A DNA stretch of 64,000 bases from Botryllus schlosseri (taxonomy: Eukaryota): the NCBI GenBank assembly GCA_051294905.1, contig CM119372.1, forward strand, positions 26,662,001-26,726,000. The letters are read 5' to 3'. This document shows, piece by piece, positions 1 through 13,806 of the stretch; within the stretch, counting starts at the first letter, position 1, and the number at the start of each line of letters is the position of its first letter. The translations under genes were made by a program, and so were the position numbers. The notes under the pieces were generated by a model, which was given only the letters and a program-made list of their open reading frames with translations, had not been told where the DNA came from and ran no database searches.

Positions 1-181
1 TGGGATAAGCCTACATCTCACTATGCGGTCAAAAATTGTTTGCACAGCACATATGCATCTGCGTCGGTGTATGGAAACCCGCATACATATAAATCCCGAT
101 GCATTTTATTACCAGACACACAAATCTATCACACGAATGGTGTCCGCTTGAGACGCGACGCCTGCAAAGACAAACACATAC

Positions 182-363
182 CCTTCGCTGATGTGATTCT
201 CCGCGGATGATGGAGCGAGATTTTTTCCTGAATTGCCGCTCCACCCGAATATCACTCCGACGGTAAAGCAAAAGGCCGCTACCGGCAATGCTTTTTTGCT
301 TTTAGTAGGAATGATCTTTCTGATACGTCTTTTCCAGAGCATGTTTGTGTTGATTTCCGGCAT
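182..363 (-). CDS. Possible first coding exon of a type II membrane protein; gene would continue off the left edge
   Basis: MPEINTNMLWKRRIRKIIPTKSKKALPVAAFCFTVGVIFGWSG...: basic tail followed by a hydrophobic segment. On the - strand it is bounded by an acceptor (tttgcag, AG at 383-382) and a donor (gtatgt starting at 181). Product unknown. Confidence 0.4.
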
Positions 364-3074
364 ACCATGACTAATAACAATCTGCAAATCACGAAACAGT
401 AGGGTAGCGTAAGAGTTATTCTACAGAGTTCAATTTCAATTCATCACGACATCCAATACGTATAATCTACAAGTTTTGAAACTATACCTACATTATATGT
501 CCTACAACCGGGAAATGAGAGCTCACTATTCCACAAAATTCACTCACTATTATTTGAGGCGATGCGCAATCTCATAAACTACGCTCTTTTGACTGACAGT
601 CAGCATCACCGTCGGTAGCTTCTACGGTATTTGACCGGATTTCATTCTAAAAACGCCGGTAAAACCTCGGGCTGCTGTCGAACCCGTCAAACGCGCGTCC
701 GGGTTATGACTAGTCATTTTACAACTCGGTCGGAGTGGCTGCAACGCAATCAATTCGTCGTACACTCGTACAGCTTCATACCTAGACCCTAAACTGTATG
801 GCATGACTCATATCCGCGCGTTTCAATTCCCTACTGAAAGCCTTCACAATGTTTGGTAAAGGCTTTCCCCCATGTTATACTGTATCCCATGCATCATGCA
901 GGCCTAGTTCTAACTAAATCATACCGTGACTGGAGGCCAGCCTTATGTTAGTGTTTCAGGGCCGTCGGCTCTCAAAGTTAGTCCATACCGCGAGCGAGTG
1001 TCGTCGATAGTCATGAAATGTATACAATAGACTTGTGCGCATCGATGGGAACAACGACACGTCGTACACCTTACGAGCGCTTATCTGGTAAGGCGCTTAT
1101 GTCTGAAAGAATCCCTTGATAAATCTCTCTACTTATAGTAATAATACGAAACCGCAAGCGGCGACGATGGCTGGCTTGTGGTAAATCCAAAGGGCTATGG
1201 GAAACAGGCCTTTAATCGGAGAACACATCAGTTGTACAGATGTACACATCAATTCGGACAGACTAGCGGTTATGTAATTGCACCCGTTAAGCTTCTGGGG
1301 ATTACTCATCTAACTGCGCACAATTCCATGTGTCTGTCCCAGAGCAAGCATTTTTATATAGAGATTACGTATCATCGATATGAAATTACAGCTTGGTGTG
1401 TCGTCGTATAGATAGTACGCTACAGATAATTCTCCCTTGAACTGATCTGTTACAAGATTCGTCACTACAACTACATAGTGTAACCAGGAGTTGAGGGCTT
1501 CATGAGGGAAAATGTAATAGCTTTATTCCCGGAGGTATCACGCAAAAGGTTGCAATCTATCGGGTGAAACCTCGGTTGATCCGAGTTTGAAGCATACATA
1601 CGGGCAGCTACTGACCTCAGATTACAATCGCTACCTACCACGATGTATATTACATTGCGAGGCATCAAACGCGTATTCACTTCACATATATTGATCTCTC
1701 CGAAAGTATTGGGTGAGAGCTGAATTGGAGAACTGTAGCATTGCCTTCCACCTAGGTATAATTGGTATCACACTTAGGGAGTTAAACGAACACTTTTGAA
1801 TAGTTGCCTTAGGGCAATACCTTTCGATAATTCACCCCGGACAGATGATGCTTGTCCGACTAACTGGAAAGCAGTAGTATGAATTCTACGACTGCACCAG
1901 CTGAGCACGGTAGAAGTATTCAATAACACCGTTTCAAGTACAAATTAGTGATTAATTTCAACAATTATGTACCTATGTAATTCAAAGCTTACAACCCAAT
2001 GTTCGGACACCACGAAGCCGGAGACCGCCAGTCAACGAAACTGAGTTATTAAATCTATTACAGATACCATAGGATGTATTGATGAGAAAATGTGATGTGT
2101 ATATTGTCGTCATTGCATCACGCAAAAGCTGATTGATTGTGACGATACCGCACGATCTCACAATCAAATAAATCCTGCTTGAGTTCAGCTAATATTGATG
2201 GGTATGATGTGCCAGAAACATATCCAAATGCTATAAATTCTTACTCCGCATTGGCGCGTTATAGTAGGTCCATTTCATGCCGAGCATATCATCAGATAGC
2301 TATCGCAAAACTAGGATCTGAATTCAACTGTAACTACTGACGCTACACCTTGAAAGTGCATGGTAAATAAGCGACCTCGTTCACAATAGTACTTGACTAA
2401 CCTATGAATTCGATAACATCCATCTAGGCGCTGAAAATGATACTACAAAGGAGCCACTATCAAACGACGGTCTCACCGAACAAGTTACTCTTGAATTCAA
2501 CAGTATTTGCTTAGCAAAAGTCTATCGGCGCTAGTGAGGATACGCGCATCTGCGGAGGTTGATACCAGCTGGCCACCGGATTCAAGTAACAACAAACGTT
2601 GTGAGCTGCAGAAGTGTCAATCAACAGTCACTTTCCAATAAGAATACGGAAATGTGATGACATTCTAGCGCCAACTGGCGACGGTCAAAGTTATTTAAGT
2701 ATGGTCTACAAATACCAGGATCTTATAACGGAACAATTGGTGACGCTGCCTCATATATTCAGACGTCGTTTTTCTATTATCTATATTCGTAAGTGGCGTA
2801 CTGCACTGTTGCTGTTTAGCATTCATGGTGCTTCTGCATCTATAATCCTTTTACGTAGGGTTACCACATTTTAATAACCGGAAAAGAGGGCACTTTTTCA
2901 AAATCCTAAAAGTTTGTTTACAGATATTGAAAACAGTTGATTTTGAAATGATTACTGGAAACCTTGTTGTGTTGACTAAAAAAAAAGGTCATCACTTTGA
3001 CTCGACTCCCGCTACCCATTTTTTTTTACTTTATTCTTGTGGTGTTGACTGAAAAAAATTAAAAAAGGTCTCGC

Positions 3075-3450
3075 CTGAGCAATCAAAGGCCATAAATTCT
3101 GCCATTGGCAAATATCTGTTGCACGAAAAATTATCGAGACGACAGATTTCGCGTCGTTGGGAGGGGCCGTTCATACTTTCCTTTGTATGCCTTGGAGTCG
3201 ACTTTTTTACCAAAATACACAAGCCAAGGCTGTGTCAACAAAAGGAGTTTGTGTACCATCTAAAAGTAGTATATTGAACGCTCTCTCATTCGAAATTTCA
3301 TGCTGGTGACGTCATTTTTTGTGATACGATTGTTGATATACAATGTTCTTTCCAATTCTCTGCTAGTCGCTGACGATTACCCCTGACGAGTGTCAGCCGA
3401 AAATATTCGGGTTCATTTCAATATGAATATACTATTCAATTGTATATTGA
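3075..3450 (+). mobile_element. Penelope-like retroelement 3' fragment (end of GIY-YIG region plus pseudo-LTR)
   Basis: Homologous to 10880-11210 (aatcaaaggccataaattctgc...ttatcgagacgacagatttcgc...gaaaatattcgggttcatttca). Confidence 0.7.
3379..3412 (+). ncRNA. Minimal type I hammerhead ribozyme motif in the Penelope pseudo-LTR
   Basis: accc-CTGACGA-g(tgtcagc)c-GAAA-atat-TC-gggt. Stem I accc/gggt, conserved core, single G-C pair closing stem II, palindromic ATAT in stem III, predicted UC cleavage after 3408. Confidence 0.6.
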
Positions 3451-4509
3451 AGTTTTGTACCTCCAAGAAGCTCTTCAAATAAACAGATGAGTCCGGAGTT
3501 CACAGGAAATGAACATGGACAGTTTAGCATGGGTATTTAGCATCCAATTAGGTCAGTACGACTATGCCCTGGAATGCGGCCGTAGTCTGCATGAGTAATC
3601 GAAACGCGACCATGAACATAAAGGTTGGCACCCCAGTAATATACAAAGCGAATGTTACCGCGAATCGGCCAATGTATGTTGATGGTAGCGCGAACAAACA
3701 TGAGCTTATCTCAGTTATGCATTCATTTGTACGATCTCTCCATCAGTGTGAACCCAGGCATTGCTTATTTTTGTTTCGATTCAGTTAGTTTCAACTCAAC
3801 GTTAATAAGCCTCTATAGTTAGCGTTTCAAGGCTTGTGCAAGTCTATATAGCACAGCCAGCATTGGTTGACAGTCAGCATTGACTGATCAAGGTTCTATG
3901 ATACTAAAATAATGGAATAGGTCGACAGTGCTGACAAGAACAGAGGAAATTTGGATTGTTGTTTAATTTATATTCAGTCAAGTATTTCGGAAAGCGATAC
4001 TGATCCATGTCGGACAGTAAATTGTAGAATATCATTAGAAATTACTTCAGAAGACATGACGATGCTAGAGGAAGACTTATACGGAGGGTTGCATTTAAAA
4101 CAAAAATTAATTTAAAACAAACATGTTTAAGGCATGGCCCTTGTTCGAAACATGTTTTTTTTAGCTATGCCGGCACGAATCTTCAATTGTGATACAATAG
4201 TGAATGACATTGACAATTGAAAATATATAAGCAGGGTTGCCATCGACATGGACCCAAAAATAAGGACATTCGAATAAGATTAGATTAGCATTAAAAAAGC
4301 GTATTTTGTACATACACTGTAAAAATTATTGTTGTAAAGTACCCTGTAACGAGCTTGCTTTGGCGTGATACAAAGATTCAGGAGCTTGCAAATGCCAAAT
4401 GCAAGCACATAACAATAAGCTATATAGGTTGTTGTATGCCTGTAAGTTGCTTATATTTTGTGCAATGAGAATGAACATTGAACAACTCAGCAGACTGAAC
4501 CTACTCAGG

Positions 4510-5330
4510 ACTTGCCGCAGACACGATAACACAACCCAGGCATGCCCAGACACGTTGTCCGAGTGTCACAAGGCAGTCCGAACACACCCCCAACATGCCG
4601 CCGACATGTAACACACATGATCTATACGCACTTCGAACCTACTCTAGATATGCCTTTGACATTATGTCATAGAGTCGACTCAGTTCAAACTCACCCCAGA
4701 CATGCCCCATACATCTCTCGGACATGTATGAGTGCCAAAGAAGTCCTAAAACACCCCTGACATTATGTTCGATTGGCAACGAAGTCCGAACCTACTCCAG
4801 ACATGCCTCAGACATGATGTCCCAGTGACAGCACAGTTATAACACACCACAGACATGCCCCAGACACGATGTCCAAGTGTCAACGCAGTGTGAACTCACC
4901 CCAGACATGCCCCATACATGATGTCTGAGTGTCGGGGCAATCCGAGAATACCCCTGACATGATATCCGACTGACTGCGAAGTCCGGGCCTACTCCCGATA
5001 GGCCTCAGACACGCCGTCGGAGTGTCAAAGCAATCCGAACACACCCCAGACTTGACCCAGATCTGATTTCCGGGGGCCAACGCAGCCCCAACATGCATCA
5101 GCCAGACCGCAGACATGAAGATGATTAAGTGGACACGTAGTCCACACTCTAGTCTTACTGTTCGAGTGGAAATAACACAGTCCTAATACATACCAGATAT
5201 AGGCTACCGCATACATGGTTTCCGAGCGACAACATAATCCGAACACACCCTATAGATACGCCCAAGATTTGATGTCCTACTGGAAACATAGTCCATACAC
5301 ACTCCATACATACCGCAGGCATACTTAAAA
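4510..5330. repeat. Degenerate ~40-50-bp subterminal tandem repeat of the CACTG element
   Basis: Recurrent cagacatgatgtccgagtgtcaacgcagtccgaacacaccc-like units. Same repeat at 26455-26970 and 29345-29460. Confidence 0.75.
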
Positions 5331-5440
5331 CATCAGTGCTATTATGGTGACTTATATCTTTCTTCTCGCTACCACGTGACTTACCATTTATTAGCTCGTG
5401 CATTTCAATTACAAGCAGACTCATCTGCGATATCCTACTG

Positions 5441-7850
5441 CAGTGCTTTTCAACCTTTATGAGCTTCATTCGCACATTTTTTGTAAAATAAATTTCATTC
5501 GCACAAACTAACCGAAAATTGAGATGAAAATACAACATTTATTTGTTCAGATTTCCAACAAATTGGATACTATGTACCTTAAGCTATCAAGTGTCTCATT
5601 AAAAAGGCTACTATTTTCGCTCGTTTTGATTTCAACAATTTCACTAAAACCCTTCTCGGCCAAACAAGTTGTTGGGTTTTGTACAAGAACGTCTATTAGT
5701 GCTTGGATGACCAGGTCCTAAAATCTGTTCTGCACTTCTATCCAAAATACAATCTATTTTTTCACGAGTTAAAAATGCTTGCTGGAAGAAATCGATTTTG
5801 AGAGCTGACAAAAACGTCTAGGAGGCTCCAGTAGGTCGAAAGGGTGAACAATTCACTTTTTTGTTGCGACTTTTGCCTTACGTCTTGGAAAATAAGGTTC
5901 AAACGATGAAGGATAGTAGGCACATTAGAGTTATGGGAAGAGCAAATAAACTCACGACACTGTGTGTTCTGCTCTTTAGCACAATCTAACTTGAGAATTT
6001 ATAACAGTTTAATAACGTCAAAGCAGCTTTTCGGACTACCACCAAAATCTGAGTTTTTGTGGCATCTCGCGACCCGGGCCTCACCCATGAAAAATAATTC
6101 ATTTTTAATATTACAGTAGTATATGCTACGATTTTATGTACATGTATGACATACAGAACGCGTACACCACAATTCTATCCAACACAGCTCTACAAAATAT
6201 GTCTGACGCACGCGATCTCATATTAGGGTGAAATAAATTCCTCTGCGTGTCGCAGTTGTGCTACTGCATTCTACTCAGATTGCAAGAAACGGGACTATTC
6301 CGTGCCGACAACGGAGCATATCCATATGGAATGGTTTGGCCATCCAGCATTTGTAATTTTTGCGAAAGGTTTTGTCGACGCTTATGTTCTGGCACCGCAT
6401 TTATATCAGCGGTTTGTTGGCCAGAACTTTACGTCGTCATGTGCCCCGACGCAGAAGGCATTGGCCTCGAAATGAATGAGTCCCATAGACCTGAACCCGC
6501 TAGTTGCACATCCCTATAGTCCCTACACTATAGTTCATCCCAACGGTCTTCGACCATGTTTGCCAGTCGGGCAAATCTTATCATGATAAAGCCATATTTT
6601 ATGCGTGTCTAGCTTATTGGCTACTGTACCCAACACCGTGACCTTGGATTTGTAAAAACTATCGCAGGATTTTTTGCAATAAATTCAACAAATATTACAT
6701 ACAATGTAATCGGACAATGTATTCGGCGGAGCATTGCTACTTTGATATCGAGCAAAGTGTAAAACGGGTTACTTCACTTGTTACCGATATTACCCAATTA
6801 ACAAGTTATACAGAAGTAGCCAACAACCCAATCGCATGGCTTTGATTTTTATGATACAATTAACATATCAAATCAATATTGACCTCGTACGCCTGCTAGA
6901 TTTCTTACATCAGACAACGATATCAATTTTATTGATTGGTTGAATAAGCATCATTCGCTGACTACCTACAGGTAGAGTATTTCACTCTTGATGTTGTGTG
7001 ATTGCGGGTCAAGCTCACAGCAGAGAGTCACTAAATATTCGAGCAAACTTTTGTAACAAAGCAAGTAAAATTTTTGAGATTGTCAAGGTGGATGCTCGAT
7101 TGTTGATTTTTTTCATGCTGCCACCGCCATGCATATACTGCCCAGCAGTTGAAATGCAATTAATATCAACCAAAGATGTTTTATTGAAGTGAAAATTGTA
7201 ATATATCAAAAAGGTTCATAGAGCAGAACCTATCAAGGTTCGTTTGTGAACGTAAACCTCTCAATATCTGAGGTTCACACATAGAACGCGAACGAGAACC
7301 TCACGTTCACACCATCACTAGTATTTACTACTATCCGTGTGCCTCGCACTAATCGAACAGTTATTACGAAAGATTGCTTAGCGAAAGAAAGCAGGAAGTC
7401 AATTTGACGTCATTTTCCAGCCTGTCGCAGGCTCGGACGGGCTGATATACTGTATGTCTGCCACTACACAAGCTTACAAACCAGGATTTCGGTTACGTAA
7501 TAATTATGATGCGAAAACATTAATTCACTGTGACTTGTGAGAGCTACGATTAGTGGTGGGTCGTAAGTTAAACAAGTTTTTGCAATTGTGTTGCAGCAAC
7601 AAAAGTTACACTGCCCTTGAATTTCCTATTAGGTTTAGTTGAATTATTCCGGGTCAGAAAAATTAACAATTATTATTTGCGATTTTCATTCGCACTCATC
7701 CGAGATTTTCATTCGCACTATTCGCACCATCTTCGTCATTCGCACTAATCTGGGATTGTCATTCGCACCGTTCACACCACCTTCGTCATTCGCACAGCAA
7801 TTTTTTTCATTCGCACAAGTGCGAACCGTCACACATGTTGAAAAGCACTG
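5441..7850 (-). mobile_element. hAT (Charlie-like) non-autonomous element with a C-terminal transposase relic
   Basis: TIR CAGTGCTTTTCAAC, perfect 8-bp TSD TCCTACTG, subterminal ttcattcgcac repeats. The - strand near 5550-5700 reads PTTCLAEKGFSEIVEIKT, resembling the hAT dimerisation domain. Confidence 0.85.
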
Positions 7851-9710
7851 TCCTACTGTATATTCCATACATATTCGACCAATATATCTATCTGAGGCAA
7901 TCCTGTCGTTGCATTCGCGTTGAAGTTGTCAGATCAAGGACTTAACGCAGGAACGTGCGTCTTACTACCCACGAGCTAAGTATATCCACCCAGCCACACA
8001 TTACGTGGGACTCGGGTTAGAACTCTAGCAGGTATCAGACGACACATCCTTCTGCATTGGTAACTATTTTTAATTGTTATTACTTTGATCACAACTCGTT
8101 ATTGCCTGTTGTACAAAATAAAGACACCGTCGCGGTTGAACGGTTCGGTAAAAGTCCTCCAAAATGTTGCTTGTCGATTCTTGCGTTTCGGCTTCACTGG
8201 GCAGTGGCCAGTGGGCAGCAGAAGCTTTGCCGTCAGCTGCAGACGACTGTGATTCTATTAGAATTTTAGGCGTAAATCCGTGTTCGGGTGAATCATGGAA
8301 ACATACTCGGGTGTCATTACGTTTTATGCTTTGGAAATTACATCGACTTACTCAGAAACGTCTTGCCAGACTATTTCTTTACAATATATTCAACGTTAAA
8401 TGCATATACACGACAGTTATGGGGTGTAATTCTAGGTTTTATGACGAGAGAACAATTTAACGAAGACGAGTAGATACGTACTACGCAAGACTTTGACTGA
8501 AAATTCTGCAGATAACTCGTTAGAAATGTGTCGATGATAACGCTGAACAGACCATGTCTATCGACGATCATTGGGAAGAAGTATATTTCGGAGAGTGCGG
8601 GAATGGTTTGACCCCCGCGGCTGCAACGAATACTCGTCATTTTCCCGAATATACGATAACGACGAATAGTAGAACACATTTTTAAAAGAATTCGGCTTCG
8701 GACTGAACAGTATACACTGTACGTACATCTCACTAGCATCTCATTGAAATTGGACATTTTCGAAATTTCGTAACCGGATTCACACGTATGGCCCCCGTTT
8801 GACCCTTGGGACGTCGGCTAGAAGGATAATTTGGGTCTCGATGGAATCGGTGAAACTAGTAGAATTCATTTCAAAAAGAATTTGGCGTCGGACTCTACAT
8901 GTATCTCATTAGAATCGAATTGAAATTGGACATTTTCGAAACTTCGATGCCGTATTCACAAGAATAGCCCCCGTTTGACCCTTGGGACGACGGCTAGAAG
9001 GATGATTTTGGTCTCGATAGAATCGGCGAGACTAGTGCAACCCATTCCAAAAATAAATTAGGCTTTGGACTCTACATATACCTCATTAGAATCGAATTGA
9101 AATTAGACATTCTTGAAATTTCGATGCCCCGGACAGAACTATTACCCCGATTTGACCCTTGGGACGTCGACTTAAAGGATAATTTTACCAGAAATTGGTG
9201 CTTCTTCTGTTTGAAAGGAACTCACCCCAAGTTGAGAAAAGTTTCGGAATTCTAAAAAACGCTTCTGCAACTTTTGGGCTTGAACGTTTGCATTGTTCGG
9301 TTGTTGATAAAAATGACGTATAATCTTAAACGACGAAGTTTTTTTTCGAACATTGCGAAGAAAGATAAAGACCAGGTGGCACCCTGACCTTTTCTGTCCA
9401 AAGCAAAACTATAATCAGGGTTGCCATCGACATGGGCTTAAAAATACGGACAGTCGAAAGATTAGCATTACAACGCGTTTTTGGACGTACAAACACGTTT
9501 TTGGACGTACATTGTATTTATAAGAGCCGTGCCATATCACATTCCATACTTTTGGCCAGAAACATTCTGCTCCAGCAACCCCCCTGTTATTAGAAGGTGC
9601 TTCATAGATCTCACGACAGTTCAGGTCTATAGGTTTATCTTTGCTTGTAGCTGGGATTTGACTGTATGATTTCACCAAGTCCTTCCCTTTCCTTGGTTAG
9701 CTACCAATCT

Positions 9711-10400
9711 TTAATAAGATTGTTTATATGTCAGTGTGAGGTTCTCAAATCCCGTCTCTGCTGCGTTATGCAAAATATGAGCAGGGCGGCCGACTGGGAT
9801 CAGATGAAATGTTTGCTTTTTGAGGCGAGATAAGACGTTGGTTTTTCCACTGTGCTGTGATCCTTCAAAATTCACTGGTGCATTATTGGCATAAAAGGAT
9901 GGCAGATACCTCATGTCTAGGCCATTCTCTTGAATAGAGGAGAGAATAAAATTCATGATCCGTGCGGAGGTCTCGCAGGTCATCGATCGCAGGTCAAGAA
10001 GACGCACGCGCACTCCAACTTTGGCGTTGAATAATCTGATAACAAGAGAAAATAGCTTCACCTTGTGATTAGAGGCGTCAGCCGAGATGGAAAAAGGCTG
10101 TAGGCTACACCAAGTTCAGACAAAATCATTTTTGAGCGCATGGAGCAAGAACTCTAGTAACAATGCTTGTATTTGGTCCTGGCCGAAGCAAAGTTCTTTG
10201 CGATGTTGGAATCGGAGAATATTGCTTCGAACAATTGCGATGTGCAATCGTTGGTGAGGAATGATTGCTGAAAGTGCTGGTGTTTGACAGTATGGAATGA
10301 CCAGGTGCTCTCAGCAGTCGCTGTCTTATAGTTTGTGCTGGTCGTTGGTGCTGATCGACTTGTGAAAAATATTCAACGATCATGGCTTCTTGTGTTTTTT
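9711..10400 (-). pseudogene. hAT-superfamily transposase fragment
   Basis: IFSDSNIAKNFASARTK, frameshift, SIVTRVLAP...FSISADASNHKVKLFSLVIRLF...NNAPVNF...GRPAHILHNAA: first catalytic-Asp region and the CxxH-equivalent motif; frameshifted. Confidence 0.75.
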
Positions 10401-10519
10401 GGTAATAATGTTACTTCAAATAGAGGTCTTTTCTATGGCCTCCAGGTTAATGTCAAAATTGCAGATATTGATATGTGAACAGCTTCTTGGAGGTAGGCCT
10501 AGAGAACTTCAATATACAT

Positions 10520-11210
10520 TTGAATAGTATATTCATATTGAAATGAACCCGAATATTTTCGGCTGACACTTGTCAGTGGTAATCGTCAGCAAATAGTAGA
10601 GAATATGCCCTATTTCCACCCGCTTTGAAAAGCAATTGATTTCAGCGGTCAATACATGAAGACCAACGTGATTTTTACGACAACGCAACTGCTCCCTGCA
10701 ACTCGTAAAGACGTGCTTGCTGCACTTCAACAGATCAATGTAGTTTACGAATTTAAGTGTCACTGTGATTGTGGCTACGTGGGAAAAAGGTCAAAGCGCT
10801 TGCACGAACGCATAAATCAGCATTCATTAGAACACGCTCGGTGAAAAGCTCATCCTTAACTCATCCGCTCAAGATTGATGAGGAACAATCAAAGGCCATA
10901 AATTCTGCAATTAGCAAACACTTGTTGCATAATCCCACCTGTGCGAAAAATTATCGAGACGACAGATTTCGCATACAAAGGAAAGGGTCGTTCACTCTTT
11001 CATTTGTGTGCCTTGGGGTCGAATTTTATCAAAATACACCAGCCAAGGCTGTTCTAACGAAAAGAATTCGTGTATCATCTAAAATATGTTGATATACGAT
11101 GTTCTTTTAAATTCTCTACTAGGTGTTGACGATTACCCCTAACGCTGACGCCCTGATTACCCCAGCCGAAAATATTCGGGTTCATTTCATTATGAATACT
11201 ATTCAATATT
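10520..11210 (+). mobile_element. Penelope-like retroelement fragment: GIY-YIG endonuclease relic with an inverted partial pseudo-LTR
   Basis: NVVYEFKCHCDCGYVGKRSKRLHERINQH...SAISKHLLHNPTCAKNY (GIY-YIG pattern). 10520-10600 is an inverted copy of the 3' terminal region 11110-11210. Confidence 0.8.
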
Positions 11211-11789
11211 GATATGTGTGGAACACTCGCCCTTCAAACTTTGTTCATACCTTTGAATTCTCTTTGATAAACGTCACGAAAAACGTTTTTATGCTTTCTC
11301 ATTTTAATCAGATGTAGCCTTATTAGTAGCCAAAACTAAATATATGTGCGTGCAATATCGTTTTAATAAATTTATCAATGATTTATAGCTTTACTACATT
11401 TTACAGCAGAAACCTGGTACTGCTGTTCAATGCTAAAATGACGTCCGCTCCGATAGCTTGGTGCAGCCGAAACCGCTATACCACTCACTACCCTAGCTAT
11501 CCCACCTCTTAGAATTCGAATCCTGTGGTGTGTACGTTCGCCACGAGTGTTCCTTTCATTTATTATGTCATAGAATGTCAATGCAAAAGCATATTTTTAG
11601 AATATTATACCGCACAGATACCAGAGGAAAACGATCGAAATTATGTAGTTGCTGAAAATAAGACAAAATAAGGACGCAAGTCGAAATTAAGGACATTTCT
11701 TATAAATAAGGACAGTTGGGTTTTCTAAGACCTGGCCCTTCAAAATAAGGACAAATCTTAGAAATAATGACGGTATGGCAACCCTGACT

Positions 11790-12085
11790 ATAATTGACAA
11801 TTTGAAAACTTCTGAAATTTTTGAGGAAAGATCAAATCCCGCCTATACAAAAAATGAATATTATTCTCCGGATTTCTCCGTCAAAATGTTGCATGTTATC
11901 ATGTCTCGGATCGGTGCCACACCAGGCATTCTACTCGAGCATTTGATTGGGCATGCTGCAACGGTATATTCCAAACTAGGCGCTGCACGAAAAATATAGC
12001 GCTGCCAAGAAAAACACTTACCTAGTTATACAACCGGCCCCAAGCCGTGATTGAGGAGCATTTTCAACAACTGAAGCACGTGTAC
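11790..12085 (+). pseudogene. Possible C-terminal relic of the foldback element's transposase (NOF-like)
   Basis: KNEYYSPDFSVKMLHVIMSRIG...QAVIEEHFQQLKH recalls the N-YY-P-F...E-xF-xxK pattern of NOF/MULE-type proteins. Recognised from memory only. Confidence 0.3.
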
Positions 12086-13030
12086 TTGGTTGGCAGTCGT
12101 GTAAGTGATCTCGATCATTTTGTGTACAGATAAAAGTTAGAAATCACAAAATCGTGCAAGATTTTTTTCGGTGTGTTACTGCACTCGGGATACAGGAGTG
12201 GAAAAACAGCATTAGCTTATCATTTGTCTTGGAATTCGATGACTCGGTCATTTTACATCGGAGTTCAAAGGGTGCAAAATCGGCGGCGAAAAACGTGGAA
12301 CATCAGCCGAAGTTGTCAGGCGACTTGCGAAAGAAAACGTCTCATCGAGACATGAATACCGGAATTTACACGTCGAGAAAATCTGGCGTTAATATGGTTT
12401 CCCTTGCTGTCATAACGCTGGACGTCAACGATGTCGAAACTACTCTCTGTGCAGAGACAGCAGGAGGTGACACGGAAAAACCCGTGAAATTCTCTGGTAT
12501 TATGCTTTGTAAATTTAAAATAATCGAAATTCATAGGACACGTACGGGCAGAGGTGGCCAAGAAGTAGAAGTAGAATGTGCTCTCTGTAAAAACTACTCA
12601 AGTAAGTAGGTGTTCAGCAAAACCTGGGAAGTGACATATACAGACGAGGCAGAGCTGGGTTTGTGTTGCTATACGTCCCATGCAGGAGATATATATTTTC
12701 AACAGGATAACGATTCGACCGCATTATCTCAACCACGCAAGCACTATATGGATTGTTATGCCGAGACTTTCGTAGATGTATGGTATAGTGATCTCTCCAT
12801 ATATATTTCGCGCGAAGCATGACGAAAATCTTCGTCTCTCCGCGAAAACTGGTTCTCAATTTCTCCATTTTGGTCTCTCTCTTCCTCTTATTAGAAGTAC
12901 ATAACACTTCTACTTGACAAACTGTATATAGCGTTTTATTACACTTCTTTATACAGACATTAAAACGCTGTGGTCGTCAGAGGCTTGCGACAGGGTGGAA
13001 GTGGTTGTTAGTAGGAATTTGTTAACATCA

Positions 13031-13806
13031 AAGAATCTGCGCTTGTTGTCTGGCAGTGAATGGCTAGAGGATAAGGTATATGCTGCATCAGTATAACTAG
13101 TTTTATCATTCATAGAATCTTTTCTTTCCAGATTATGAATGCGGCATTGCTGGCGCTGTGGATAAAGGTAACATTGTTATTGTTTGCCAATTGTGTTTAA
13201 TTATTATGCAATAATAATGCTGCTCAATCCGTGTTAGAGCAGGAAACCCCATAACTTCATTCCCTTCCAGCTTTCGACACTACGGTGGTACCAGGGTATT
13301 TACCACGTAAAGTCACTCACCAAAACGGTACGGCATCATCACATTCCTCGTAGCATTATTTGGAATAAGTCGTAATGCGCGGTGTGTGTAGATGCAAAAG
13401 CCATGCACTGGAAAAATCAATCGTAACATCTATATTCATCTACGAAATCATTGGCTTTTTCTGGTTATGCGGTTTCTTGAGATAATTTTGTGGCGTGCTG
13501 TTTACCAGTCATAGAACCCCCGTTTGCGTTTTTGTTAAGGCCAACGACATAGAATCAAAGCTTTTTTATGTTTACGATTCCCTTGGCAATGAATAAGCTT
13601 ACGCAAAAACTTTGTTGCAACACTGGCAGTGAGATGATTGAGAAGGTGAAATTAAATAAGTAATTTTATTGCTTGGTTCATCGAAGATTAGAGGGTACTG
13701 GAGTCATCACAAGCCCGAGCCCGAGAGTTTCGTGGGTTGGGCCGCAATATGCTTTCCACACGATGCCCGAACCGACAATTTTAACAGTGGCGTCCTGGTG
13801 CTGAAG
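13031..13806 (+). pseudogene. Intron-containing Ulp1-like (SUMO protease, peptidase C48) domain relic inside the foldback element
   Basis: KNLRLLSGSEWLEDK | 56-bp GT-AG intron | IMNAALLALWIK ... DIESKLFYVYDSLG ... PHDARTDNFNSGVLVLK then gt. Ulp1 motifs in the expected order; the catalytic Cys position is AGT (Ser, 13786); stop codons present. Confidence 0.6.

Larger units (their letters stand above)
9416..11786 (-). mobile_element. hAT DNA transposon (CAGGGTTGCCA family), internally deleted
   Basis: TIR CAGGGTTGCCAT / ATGGCAACCCTG, perfect 8-bp TSD ACTATAAT. Confidence 0.9.

Noticed and set aside
3480..3620. THAP-domain-like relic on the - strand
   Set aside because: Needs frameshifts to obtain the C-x-x-HF motif; too degenerate to support.
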